Positions 11,580-24,747 of a stretch of DNA of 64,000 nucleotides are shown here, piece by piece (position 1 is the stretch's first letter; each line of letters opens with the position of its first letter). Made by a program: the position numbers and the translations under genes. The stretch is from Octopus bimaculoides. Taxonomy: Eukaryota. The DNA lies in the NCBI RefSeq assembly GCF_001194135.2, contig NC_068995.1:15341915-15405914 (forward strand), given 5' to 3'. The notes under the pieces were generated by a model that was not told the origin of the DNA, did not search any database, and was given only the letters and a program-made list of their open reading frames with translations.

Positions 11580-12135
11580 AGGCATAGACATGGGAGTGGA
11601 GGGTGAAATATGCTTCGCAAATACGTGGTTTTGGTTTCAGTCCCAATGCGCTGCACCTTGGCACCTAATATAGCCCAGGCTGACCCATGCCATGTGACAG
11701 AATTTGGTAGACGGAAATAACACGAAAGTTCATCATGTATGTATATGTGTGTATGTATGCGTGTGTGCGTGCGTGTACGTATGTGTGTGTGTGTGTTTGA
11801 GAGACAAAGACACAAAGAGAAAGTATATATTGTTATTGTTCTGGTTGTTGTTGTTCTTGTTGCTCTTGTTGACATTAGAAACTATGTATTTCTGTGTGCG
11901 TTAGTGTGTGTGTATGCGCGTGTATGTGTGTGTGTGTGTGTTTGTTTCTCGCCGCTTGAGAACCGGTGTTAGTTTGTTTACGTTGCGTATTCTGGCGGTT
12001 CAGTAAAATAGATCGTTAGATTAAGTACTATAGTTTAAAAAAAAAGCAAAAAAAAAGAAAAGAAAACAAAAGAAAAAAGCATTGAGATCCATTTGATCGA
12101 CTAAACTCGCTAACACAGTACTACAGCATGGCCAC
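11580..12135 (+). mobile_element. SINE A, degenerate
   Basis: Same modules as 11008-11437, with an expanded central repeat. Confidence 0.7.
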
Positions 12136-12209
12136 AATATAGCCACAATATAGTTTCTAATGTCAACAAGAACAAGAACATCAACAATACATATATTTTT
12201 GTGTCTTTA

Positions 12210-12262
<53 letters not shown>

Positions 12263-13359
12263 CCCACACCCACACACCCACACACCCACACCCACACACA
12301 CACATGCGAGCGCACGCACACGCACACATCCTTTTACGAAGATACCGAAATTTGAAAACAATAAATAAAAGAATTGTATCCAAACCTGAGAGATAAAGAG
12401 ACTGGTAGTTAGGGACCTAGAAACTGAGAAGGAGATAGATAGATAGAGAGAGACAGAGAGAGAGAGAGGCAGAAGAGAGACGAAATTGATACGACTGCGC
12501 CAATCACGAAAATATCTTATCTCTTGTNNNNNNNNNNNNNNNNNNNNNNNNNNNNNNNNNNNNNNNNNNNNNNNNNNNNNNNNNNNNNNNNNNNNNNNNN
12601 NNNNNNNNNNNNNNNNNNNNNNNNNNNNNNNNNNNNNNNNNNNNNNNNNNNNNNNNNNNNNNNNNNNNNNNNNNNNNNNNNNNNNNNNNNNNNNNNNNNN
12701 NNNNNNNNNNNNNNNNNNNNNNNNNNNNNNNNNNNNNNNNNNNNNNNNNNNNNNNNNNNNNNNNNNNNNNNNNNNNNNNNNNNNNNNNNNNNNNNNNNNN
12801 NNNNNNNNNNNNNNNNNNNNNNNNNNNNNNNNNNNNNNNNNNNNNNNNNNNNNNNNNNNNNNNNNNNNNNNNNNNNNNNNNNNNNNNNNNNNNNNNNNNN
12901 NNNNNNNNNNNNNNNNNNNNNNNNNNNNNNNNNNNNNNNNNNNNNNNNNNNNNNNNNNNNNNNNNNNNNNNNNNNNNNNNNNNNNNNNNNNNNNNNNNNN
13001 NNNNNNNNNNNNNNNNNNNNNNNNNNNNNNNNNNNNNNNNNNNNNNNNNNNNNNNNNNNNNNNNNNNNNNNNNNNNNNNNNNNNNNNNNNNNNNNNNNNN
13101 NNNNNNNNNNNNNNNNNNNNNNNNNNNNNNNNNNNNNNNNNNNNNNNNNNNNNNNNNNNNAGAGAGAGAGAGAGAGAGAAGGGAGAGAGAGATGGGGAGG
13201 CAGGGGATGAAGAGAGAGAGAGTGAGAGAGAGAGAAGGGAGAGAGAGATGGGGAGGCAGGGGATGAAGAGAGAGATGGAGAGAGAGTAAGGTGGAGACAG
13301 AGCGGGAGAGATAAAAGCAGAGAGAGAGAGCAAGAGAGAGAGAGAGAAAGAGAGGGAGA

Positions 13360-13460
13360 CATACGTGGTCGCTAGACTTGTTAGAAATAGCACCCAAATC
13401 TCTCTCAAACTATACTCTACCGTCTAAGAAAAGGATGTGTTCGATAACGTGGTCTCATTT
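13360..13460 (+). repeat. Dispersed repeat D (core TGCTAGAAATAGCAGCCAAATCTC)
   Basis: Related cores at about 555-595, 10555-10600, 14838-14900 and 15963-16020 (+), and 30925-30960 (-). A related minus-strand segment lies at 53965-54235. Class not determined. Confidence 0.6.
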
Positions 13461-13789
13461 TGAGCTCACCTGTGGTTAAACAACAACAACAACAACAACA
13501 AGAAAGACAATATCCAGAACTACACCAACTTTAATCTGATTAAAGGTATCTTCTGTAAGACATAATCATGAAATACGAATATGAAAATAGTGGAGGAGCC
13601 TCTATGTGATCGCTTCACTTGCTGGAAATATGAACCAAATTGCCCTCACACCACAGTTTTGCAATTTAAAAAATGCGAATGGCACATTGGATAGTGTACT
13701 CCAAGATACTCTTAAAAAAAGACGAGATAATTATGTTTGGAATTCTTTGGTCAGATGTCTGGTAAATCAAGATTGGCCTCGGGTATTCC

Positions 13790-14260
13790 AAAGAAGAAGA
13801 AGAAGAAGGAGGGTAGAGGGAAGAAAGAAGAAAGAAGAGGAAAAAGGGATGAGAAGAAGGGCAGGAGGGGGAGAGAAGAAGAAGGAGAAAAGGAGGGGGA
13901 GGAGAGAAAAAGGAGAAAAAGGAGCTGAGAAGGCGGAGGAGATGACGAAGAAAGAGGGTAGGAAGAAGAAAGAGAAGATGAAGAAGAAGGAGAGTAGAAG
14001 GAAAAAAGGAGAAAGAAGAGGGGAAAGGGATGAGAAGAAGGGCAGGAGGGGGACAGAAGAAGAAGAAGAAGGAGAAGGAGGAGGAGGAGAGAAAAAGGCG
14101 AAGGAGTGAGGAAGAAATAGGAGAAAAGAAGGAGGAGTAGAGAAAAAGGAGAAAAAGGAGCTGAGAAGGCGGAGGAGATGACAAAGAAAGAGGAGAGAGA
14201 AGAAGAAAGAGGAGAAGATGAAGAAGAAAGAGGAGGAGGAGAGGAGAAGAAGAGCAACAA
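13790..14260. repeat. Polypurine (GAA/GGA) tract with internal duplications
   Basis: Almost pure purine on +. AGGGATGAGAAGAAGGGCAGGAGGGG and GAGAAAAAGGAGCTGAGAAGGCGGAGGAGATGAC each occur twice. Confidence 0.9.
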
Positions 14261-14952
14261 CAACAACTACAAAAATAACAACGACAAGGAGGTTAATGAT
14301 GATGATGACGACAACGACGATGAAAATCTCTGAGAAATGTTAGGATTATCCATAGAATATTACAATGGTTTCCATGTGCCGGAAGAAATTTTTATCTTTT
14401 TTCTTAAATGAACGAGTTTCAATAAGCTAATGGTGTGCTGATGTTATCTCCATTGAAACCACGTTTAGAAAGATGGCTTTAATACGGTCTTTACACTTTA
14501 ACTATGGCTACCACGGTCATACCAGAGCAGCGCCATCTTAAGGCGAGAAACATAACATTCAAATACAATCAGACGATATCTTAGAATCTGTTAGCAATGA
14601 GCAAGGAATGGGTTTCACAGATTGAATGACATATTACTTACTGCCCTCTTTGCTTGACATTTCACGAAAGACTGTTTGCTATTGATTAAAAGCAATTATT
14701 TGCAATTGTTCTGCCAGCGAAATCGTAATTGTACTTAATGATAAATCTTTGCAATCACGATAGAAATATCTAGAATGTTTCTTTAAGGTTACATTACTTT
14801 GTCCAAGCAATGAGAGAGCTTATACGTGTACGCTAGAGCGGTTAGAAATAGCAATCAAACCTTCCATCAAATCACCATATTCTACCGTCTTAAAAGAAGG
14901 AAAAATATCACACTTTCAGTAATTTAGTCCCAGACACGATAAGTATCACGGT

Positions 14953-15114
14953 ACAGGCGTGGCTGTGTGGTAAGAAGTTTGGTTCCCAACCATACGGTTT
15001 CAGGCTCAGTCATACTGCATATCACCTTGTCTTCTACTATAGCCCCGGTTCGACCAAAGACTTATTAGTGGGTTTTGGTAAACGGAAACTGAAAGAAGAC
15101 CTTCGTGTAATACA

Positions 15115-15153
<39 letters not shown>

Positions 15154-15357
15154 AATTGCGTCTGACACCTACCACTTGGCAACCGGTGATGTTTTGATTA
15201 CGTTCCTGTAACTTAGTGGCTCTGCATAAAAGACTGATAGAATAAGTTTGTGACGTAAGAAAAGTCCTGGGGTCGATTTGTTCGATTGCAACCGCTCAAG
15301 GCGGTGCTCCAGCATGACCATAGTCCAATGATTGACATTAGTAAAAGATAAAAGATC
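14953..15357 (+). mobile_element. SINE A
   Basis: GTGGCTGTGTGGTAAG head, central (TG)n, GGCGGTGCTCCAGCATG tail. Confidence 0.85.
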
Positions 15358-16119
15358 AAGTCTGCCCGAAAATACACCGGATGGCCCTGTGCTGGAATCG
15401 TCGGACAGTCATACAAAATGTCTCGTAATAATACATTTTAAAAAATCTCTTTACGCTCTGAGTTCAAATCTTCCCAACATCAACTTTACCTATAATCCTT
15501 TCGGTGTCGATAGAATATTGTATCAGCCAAATATTGAAGTCGATTTAATAGATAATTCCCGTGCCAGTTCCCCTACTCAAAGTCTGTCAACTCAATTAGC
15601 ATTGATAGCGACAGACAACAGTATTATTTTCCAGTTCAAATCCCACGTGGAACGTTTTTTTGCCGTTTGTTCCCCAGGGATGAATAAAATATAATGATTG
15701 AAGTCCAATCAATCAAATATGCTATTCTCTACAACATATACTGGATTTATAAGAATAAAAAGCAAAAAGCAAAAAAAATAAAAATAAAATATAGAATAAA
15801 AAGATATTTATAAATAGAAATGAATATGTATATTTTCTATTGGTTGTAACTATACGGATGCACAGAAGCGACACAAAAATGTAATTTCCTTTTTTGTTAA
15901 ACAGATGGGAGACAAGTCTTAAATTAACGAGCAAAAGATGGAGCATCTACGAGATTACGAGACATGCTAGAAATAGCAGCAAGACATCTTTGTAAATCAT
16001 ACCCAATTATCTTGAAAAGAAGAACCTGCTAAGTAATGTAGTCCAAGACATCTGTTTGAAAATAAGCGGGACTGACACCGTTGCAATGTATTTACTTTTA
16101 CAATTTAGTCACTGAAGGA

Positions 16120-16330
16120 AGGGCCACACCCATGACCCTTTGTCTTCTTCCGTGTCACTAAGAATGAGGGAAAGAAAGGGGAAAATCGTCTTCAACCCGC
16201 AGACCTGATCAGAAGATTTGTCGTAGAGTAGATCCCACTAAAGGCATCCTCAAGGACTACGTGGAGGCGTTAAACCAGACGACAGATTAAGTCCACGGCC
16301 CAGAAGTCCAAAACGCAAAGGGCCGAAACA
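16120..16330 (+). repeat. Unclassified dispersed repeat F
   Basis: Shares ordered anchors ATGACCCTT, GGGGAAA, CTAAAGG, TTAAACC and CAGATTAAGTC with 33975-34175. Confidence 0.6.
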
Positions 16331-16849
16331 AACACAGCAAGATAGGTTATCTAAAACTCCTAATTAATCCACCTAATTAAACGCTTTGGGATGGTGATTT
16401 ATTTTAGTGAGTCTGAAAGGGGATAAAGTAAAGATGATCTTGGTAGGATTTGAACTCAGAATGCAGAGATCCAAAACAAACACCTCAAGATATTTTGTCC
16501 TTCGCTCAAACGATTTCCCTCAATCGATCTTAATGCAGTTACATACCTGGTTGTTTCTGTATTTTTAAACAACCCTGAAGGGAGATTTTGTCTACTAATT
16601 GCTTGGATGATTTCAGTTAATCGATGTATTTCAACTCAGTATATGTAACACATCCCGACTATGACTTCAAACTGCATCCGGCAGACAGATCCTGTTTCGG
16701 GAATTCCAGTGTCTCGAGGAATTTGGAACAACCTCTTTGCCACCATTGTTTCCTGGTCTGCTCTGACCAAAGTAGTAGCAACAGTAAAGGTCCTAGCTAT
16801 GGATTAAATAGCATGTAATCATCAGAGCCGGATTACGTCGAAATCAATA

Positions 16850-17075
16850 TATTAGCGACAGAGGCAGTATTGATACCAAGAGATAATATTAATCCCTATT
16901 TAAACGTGGGTGTTCTGTTGGAACAAACTATACTGTGGTAGATACCATGCGAGGAACTCTCATATAGCTTTTTTTGTGTGCAAAATGCATTCTTGTTATA
17001 TAAATTTCCGCCTTCTCCAGTGCCGAGATCAGCGCCGGGATCACGTGATCCAAGAAACCACGCGATTTAGTGGAT
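16850..17075 (-). repeat. Dispersed partial copy of the 350-bp tandem unit (repeat G)
   Basis: Reverse complement reads CAAGAATGCATTTTG..TATGAGAGTT..CAGTATAGTTTGTTC..TAATACTGCCTCTGTCGCTAATA, as in 22126-22200 and 22441-22520. Confidence 0.75.
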
Positions 17076-17081
17076 CACGTG

Positions 17082-17141
<60 letters not shown>

Positions 17142-17149
17142 GTGTGTGT

Positions 17150-17198
<49 letters not shown>

Positions 17199-17756
17199 TG
17201 TCTGTCTGTCTGTATCTATCTATCTATCCGCTTACCTACCTACCTACCTACCTACCTACCTATCTATCTATCTATCCATCTACCTATCTATCTATCTATC
17301 TATCTGTGTGTCTGTGTGTCTGTGTGTCTGTGTGTCTGTCTGTCTGTCTGTCTGTCTGTTAGTGAGTGTGTGCATATTTCATCCTGGTTGTAAATCACAG
17401 TTTCGCACCAATGTAGGTGAAGTTATTCAAATTATCCACGGTGGCACATTCCTTCAAGTAAAAGCCCATAGACTTTGTGACCTCAATATTTACTCGTTTA
17501 GGCCATGGAAAAATAAATAAATAAAAAAAAAACAAAAAACAAAAACAAAACAAAATAGCTGCCCCCCCCTAACCCCTCTCCCTGCCAAACAAACAAACAA
17601 GCAATTATATACAAGAGGTGCTGTAATTGCCATCGGAAATTACTGATTAGAGAAATAATTAATGTATGTTGCATATATAAACTATTACAACATTTGGAAA
17701 AAATTAAACATGTTATACCAGAAATTAAGAAAATATAGGACTGAAATTTTATTTTA

Positions 17757-18140
17757 GGTTATCGTTTACTTGTTTCAGTAATTAGACTGCGGCCATGCTG
17801 GGGCACCGCCTTGAAGAAGTTTTGTCGAACGAATTCACCCCAGTATTTATATTTCTAAAGCCTGGTGCTCATTCTATCGGGCTCCTTTTGCCGAACTGCT
17901 GCGTTACGGGGAAGTAAACAAACCGAGTCAAGCAGAGCTAGGGGACAAACACAGACACAAACAATCACAGTTATATAAATATATACAACAGGCCTCTTTC
18001 AGTTTCCGTTTATCGTATCCACTCACTAGACTTCGGTCAGCCCGGGGGCTATAGTTGAAAAGACTTGCCCAAGGTGCCACGCTGTGAGACTGAACCCGTG
18101 ATCCAAGTGGCTGGGAAGCAAAATTACTACACAGTCACGT
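17757..18140 (-). mobile_element. SINE A
   Basis: Reverse complement of A modules. Confidence 0.85.
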
Positions 18141-18364
18141 ATATACATTTGTTTGTATAGCTATTGTATTCTTGGTACATATTAATGAAGTTCTATCGTT
18201 GGAGTCATCTAAATTAATTGGAAGCAACAACTTTTGAGAGAGGCAACGTTCTTGGACAAGCCGAAGTTTATCAGCATGTTTTTTTCTTAATGAAATTTAT
18301 TGTAATTTATTCAAAATATAAAGAATTCGTATGATTTATCTCTCTCACTTTATATGCATGTATA

Positions 18365-18422
<58 letters not shown>

Positions 18423-18439
18423 TATATGTAGACATATAC

Positions 18440-18477
<38 letters not shown>

Positions 18478-18693
18478 AGATTTGTGTATATATACAAATA
18501 TATATATATNNNNNNNNNNNNNNNNNNNNNNNNNNNNNNNNNNNNNNNNNNNNNNNNNNNNNNNNNNNNNNNNNNNNNNNNNNNNNNNNNNNNNNNNNNN
18601 NNNNNNNNNNNNNNNNNNNNNNNNNNNNNNNNNNNNNNNNNNNNNNNNNNNNNNNNNNNNNNNNNNNNNNNNNNNNNNNNNNNNNNNNNNNNN

Positions 18694-18719
<26 letters not shown>

Positions 18720-18725
<6 letters not shown>

Positions 18726-19024
18726 ATCAATGAGAGAGACGGAAGATGGAAGATACGAGAATGATTATTAAACACTTCCATTGTTTCGATCTATCTAACA
18801 TCGATCCCTCACGGATGGGATACTTAGCTAGTTTAGGAGTATCCGACGACGTAGATGTGTTTCTTCAGGTGATTACAAGATGTATCCCGTTTAAATAACG
18901 ACTGTTCCGCAAGATATATTCCTGGTTTGTATATATATAAAAACAGCAAATTAAAAGATACAATTGTAGTGGTTAATAAACATTCTCGCATCTTCCATCT
19001 TCCTCCTCTCTCATTAATCAAATA
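18720..19024. mobile_element. MITE-like element with 56-bp terminal inverted repeats
   Basis: 18721-18776 vs 18968-19023 match at 50/56 in inverted orientation. The interior is related to 61250-61380. Confidence 0.7.
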
Positions 19025-19277
19025 CCTATCGAACACTGTGAAAATGAATGTGCTTTACCGGTAAGCTACTAGGTATAAACCATACGATTTATCTTATATA
19101 TATGTAAATACACACACACACATGTAAACATACATATATACATACATGCATACACACACCTATATATAATTATATATATACATAAACATGTATATATATA
19201 TATATATATATACATATATATATACATACATATAAATATACATATATATATACACACACACATAAATATATATATAT

Positions 19278-19342
<65 letters not shown>

Positions 19343-19386
19343 NNNNNNNNNNNNNNNNNNNNNNNNNNNNNNNNNNNNNNNNNNNN

Positions 19387-19418
<32 letters not shown>

Positions 19419-21344
19419 GACGTACGCGACATTTCAAACTAAAAGATGGACGTAAAGCAAAATGAGATAACAGGAAATTTTCTTTGTTAACAAATCAATC
19501 AAAAAGTAAAATATTAAAATGTATTTTTAATGTCTTGCTTTATTATTTCTACTCTGTTTATTTCTTGGTATTTTGCTTTTTTCTGTTTTGGTTTTCAAAT
19601 ATTGTACTTACTTCATTTCGACCCTCTGTATACATACTTACGTACATACATATGTAAGTATGTATGTATGTATGTATGTATGTATGTATGTATGTATGTA
19701 TGTATGTATGTATGTATGTATCAATGAATGTGTATATTAATGAGTGTATGTATGTATGTATGAATGTATGTATGTATCTGTCTATGTAGATACATACATA
19801 CATACATACATACAAGCCATACATATATGCATGAATGCATACATACATACATACGTATATATATATATATATACATANNNNNNNNNNNNNNNNNNNNNNN
19901 NNNNNNNNNNNNNNNNNNNNNNNNNNNNNNNNNNNNNNNNNNNGCTATTGAGTTAAAAATTAACAATAACCTTTTGTTTCTCTTTGTTTAGTATGATATT
20001 TTCGTCGTAAATTTGGATAACACACACACGATCGCGCGCGCGCACACATACATATATACAAGACACACAGACACATGCATATACACACTTATATATCTAC
20101 ATTAATTCAGTCATGTATACATACGTACTGTCATACACGCATATATACATAAACACACACGTGTATTGTATAACTACGTGATACACACACACACATATAT
20201 ACTACAATATTTATACATGATATCTCATGTGTGTGTATATACATACACATACATATACACATATATACGTACGTAAACATATATGCACATACATATATAT
20301 GTGTGTATATGTATGCATATATACGTGTACGTGCGTAGTTGTGAGTGTGCATCTATGTATATATACATTTATATATATAGGTATGTCTGTATACACACAC
20401 ACACTCTCACGCATACACACATATATGCATATTTGTGTATATCTGTGTGTGAGTTTGTGTATGCCACAAACAATGTGTTTAATTAACATATATATTCAGA
20501 TTTAGTCTCTCTGTAAAAATAGATCCCGTGGATAAAAACTATAAGGCTTTCGCCATCTTGAAATTATGATCAAACCGATTAGTCTCGTCTTTCATTAAAT
20601 ACACATAAGGGATCAATTATATTTGTCTTTCAAGTTGCTGACATTAAAAAAGCTTAGTGCTAACTTAGAAAAATATAAACAGTATTAATGACAATCATAA
20701 CAGAAATACACAATAATACAATGTTCGCAGTCAGGCAGGAATAACAACAAAAGTAATTCAGTAAGGGCTATGAATAAACTTGGTTATAGAATCCATTTGT
20801 GCTACTAAGCTTTTGTTATCTCTAAATCAGAGAGCCAGTGCTAGTGACTTCTCTAGTATGCGTGGAAATGAATGAGAAAGGTATTTTCAAACAAGAAGTA
20901 TTTCACGAATGCAAACAACCATCCTGGACTCTGTACAAAATTGCACTCAGTGTCTTAGTGCTGGTGTTAAACTGGGTGTGAGGGATTACATCTATGTCTA
21001 CATCAACGCCATTTGTAGGTTGGAACTCAAAACGTAAGGATTCGGAAAATAAAATCTTGCGATTCCTCTAGCCCATTGCTCCCTAGACTTGGACATTTTT
21101 TTTTTATCAGCCTCAGAAGGATGAAAGGCAAAGTTGACCTCGGTGGGATTTGAACTCAGAGTGTTAGGATCCGGAATAAAAAAAGCAACAAAGAATTTTG
21201 TCCGAAGCTGTAACGAGTTCTCTAACAACTGGTCCCTAGAAGCAAAGTTTGTTTTTATCGGTCCCAGAAGGATGCAAAGCAAAGTTGAGATCGGTGAGAT
21301 TTGAGCTGGAACCGCAAGAAACCGGAATGAATATATACTTTAAA

Positions 21345-22530
21345 GCAGTATAGTTCGTCTTAACAACGTATCCACTTTTAAGTGGGGATAAATGAAACCT
21401 ATTAGTATTAATACTACCCATATCGATAATAAATATATCTTTTAATAAGCTAACTCGCCAATCGCGACATAAGCGCCTATTCTGGCTCTGTTATTCTCTA
21501 TATCGCTGGCGGGGAGATGAATCGCTGCTACCACAAGCGGTCGAGCGTCCATCATTGACAATACCAAAGAAGGTCGAAATCATGTGATTTGGTGGTTTCT
21601 GCGTTAGAGGTAGCGGTGATTTATCTCCCCTGTTAGCGATACAAACAAGAATGCATTTTGAACCAAAAGCCGATATGAGAGTTTCTTACATGGTAACAAT
21701 CGCAGTTTAGTTTGTTCTAACAAATTGTCCACATTTAAGTGGACATAAATATTACCTATCGTTAGCGATACAAACAAGAATGCATTTTGAACCAAAAGCC
21801 GATATGAGAGTTTCTTACATGGTAACAATCGCAGTTTAGTTTGTTCTAACAAATTTTCTACATTTAAGTGGACATAAATATTACCTATCGTCATTAATAC
21901 TTTGTCGCTAATAAATATTTTTTAACAAGTTCACTCGCCAATTGCGACACCAGCACATGTTCTGGCACTGTTATTCTATATATCGCTACCGGGGAGATGA
22001 ATCGCTGCAATCCCCAGCAGTCGAGTGTCTATCATTGACAAGACCAAAGACGGTCGAAATCGCATGACCTGGTCGTCTCTGCGCTGGAGATAGCGGGGAT
22101 TTATCTCCCCGCTAGTGATATAAGCAAGAATGCATTTTTCACCAAAAGCCGATATGAAAGTTTCTCCCAAGGTAACTACCGCAGTATAGCTTATTCTAAA
22201 AAAAGGCGGTGAGCTGGCAGAAACGTTAGCACGCCGGGCGAAATGCTTAGCGGTATTTCGTCTGCCGTTACATTCTGAGTTCAAATTCTGCCGAGGTCGA
22301 CTTTGCCTTTCATCCTTTCGGGGTCGATAAATTAAGTACCAGTTACGCACTGCGGTCGATGTAATCGACTTAATCCATTTGTCTGTCCTTCTTTGTCCCC
22401 TCTATGTTTAGCCCCTTGTGGGCAATAAAGAAATAATAGCTTGTTCTAAAAAAATCATCTACGTTTAAGTGTGGATAAATATTACCTTTAGGTGTTAATA
22501 CTGCCTCTGTCGCTAATAGATATTTTTAAA
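21345..22530 (+). repeat. Tandem array of a ~350-bp unit (about 2.3 units plus a 129-bp duplication)
   Basis: Anchor GCAGT(A/T)TAG at 21345, 21702, 21831 and 22181. 21632-21760 and 21761-21889 are 127/129 identical. Confidence 0.9.
22203..22435 (+). mobile_element. SINE B, full length, with long TSD
   Basis: TSD ATAGCTT(A/G)TTCTAAAAAAA at 22186-22204 and 22436-22454. B-box GAGTTCAAATTC. Confidence 0.92.
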
Positions 22531-22866
22531 GGAGAACACCATACCTCATCATCTAGAGTGTGTTATATTCTTTTAAACAGTTACTTGTTTACATTTTGTA
22601 TTCAATTTCGGTTCACATGCATGGAAACTAGCCACAAGCAACATAATTATAGAGAACATGCTTATTAACTATATCGATGTCACTTTCCTGTACGTGCTTA
22701 TTCATAACACAGCTGCGTTGGTAGTTGTTGTTAGTAATAATGTCATTGTCAGGTTGTTAACCTTTTACAGTGCAGTAGATATTGTTATGTGTAACGTTAA
22801 ATATCTGCAGATAGACCTGTGCTTTAAGGCGTTCCAAGCATAACCGTACCTGCTTTTGTGTGTGCG

Positions 22867-22935
<69 letters not shown>

Positions 22936-24009
22936 ATTTACACACACATACATATATGTATGCATATGTATATTAGAGAGAGAAAGAAAGAAAGAAAGNN
23001 NNNNNNNNNNNNNNNNNNNNNNNNNNNNNNNNNNNNNNNNNNNNNNNNNNNNNNNNNNNNNNNNNNNNNNNNNNNNNNNNNNNNNNNNNNNNNNNNNNNN
23101 NNNNNNNNNNNNNNNNNNNNNNNNNNNNNNNNNNNNNNNNNNNNNNNNNNNNNNNNNNNNNNNNNNNNNNNNNNNNNNNNNNNNNNNNNNNNNNNNNNNN
23201 NNNNNNNNNNNNNNNNNNNNNNNNNNNNNNNNNNNNNNNNNNNNNNNNNNNNNNNNNNNNNNNNNNNNNNNNNNNNNNNNNNNNNNNNNNNNNNNNNNNN
23301 NNNNNNNNNNNNNNNNNNNNNNNNNNNNNNNNNNNNNNNNNNNNNNNNNNNNNNNNNNNNNNNNNNNNNNNNNNNNNNNNNNNNNNNNNNNNNNNNNNNN
23401 NNNNNNNNNNNNNNNNNNNNNNNNNNNNNNNNNNNNNNNNNNNNNNNNNNNNNNNNNNNNNNNNNNNNNNNNNNNNNNNNNNNNNNNNNNNNNNNNNNNN
23501 NNNNNNNNNNNNNNNNNNNNNNNNNNNNNNNNNNNNNNNNNNNNNNNNNNNNNNNNNNNNNNNNNNNNNNNNNNNNNNNNNNNNNNNNNNNNNNNNNNNN
23601 NNNNNNNNNNNNNNNNNNNNNNNNNNNNNNNNNNNNNNNNNNNNNNNNNNNNNNNNNNNNNNNNNNNNNNNNNNNNNNNNNNNNNNNNNNNNNNNNNNNN
23701 NNNNNNNNNNNNNNNNNNNNNNNNNNNNNNNNNNNNNNNNNNNNNNNNNNNNNNNNNNNNNNNNNNNNNNNNNNNNNNNNNNNNNNNNNNNNNNNNNNNN
23801 NNNNNNNNNNNNNNNNNNNNNNNNNNNNNNNNNNNNNNNNNNNNNNNNNNNNNNNNNNNNNNNNNNTATATATATATATATGGAGAGACAGAGAAAGAGT
23901 ATTGTCAGTATGAGAGTGTGGTTTTAAGTAGAACTATTTACAGTGTTCATATAATTGTATATTATCTTACCTAGATATTTTAACATTTACAGCTGCTCTA
24001 GCTTACTGT

Positions 24010-24186
24010 TATAATGAAGAAATTAAAGATGACATCGACCACGGCGCTGCAGCTGCTAATGATGATGAAGAAGAAAAAGAAAAAAAAGAAGAAAAAGAAG
24101 AAAATGATGATGTTGATGATGATGATGATGAAGAAAAAGAAGATATTGATGATGATAATGACGGTAATGGTTGTGATGATGATGAA

Positions 24187-24229
<43 letters not shown>

Positions 24230-24657
24230 TTGATCACGATGAAGATGATGATGAAGATGATGACGATGATGATGATGATGATGAAGATGATGATGATGAT
24301 GATGATGATGAGGAGGAGGAGGAGGAGGAGGATGGTGATGAAGATGATGGTCATGATGATGATGATGATGACAATGACGATGATGATGGTGATAAGAACG
24401 TTGACAGCGGGAATGATGGCAGTGGTGGTTAAAGATATATGGGGTAGATGTTTGTTGTTACTGTTGTTGTTGTTATTGTTGTTGTTTTTGTTGCTGGTAC
24501 TAATGTTACCCCAGTGAATTATTGGATGATTGCAATGAAAGATAAGAAGTAATGAGAAAAAAAAGACGATACCAACGAATACTGACGTTGTTGTTGTTGT
24601 TGTTGTTGATGATGATGATGATAATGATGACTAATGATGACAGTAATGATGATGGTA

Positions 24658-24696
<39 letters not shown>

Positions 24697-24715
24697 GTAA
24701 TGATGATGATGATGA

Positions 24716-24747
<32 letters not shown>

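Noticed and set aside
13606-14266. K/E/R-rich ORF 13606..14109 and antisense ORFs
   Set aside because: Product of a polypurine tract lacking stop codons.
14636-14700. Minus-strand GTAAGT donor with short upstream frames
   Set aside because: Expected by chance in AT-rich DNA; no convincing acceptor or peptide.
16624-16818. 64-aa ORF as an exon
   Set aside because: No recognisable homology, weak splice signals, and it sits between repeats.
21345-22530. CRISPR-like array
   Set aside because: Eukaryotic context; units are about 350 bp and homologous throughout, with no unique spacers.
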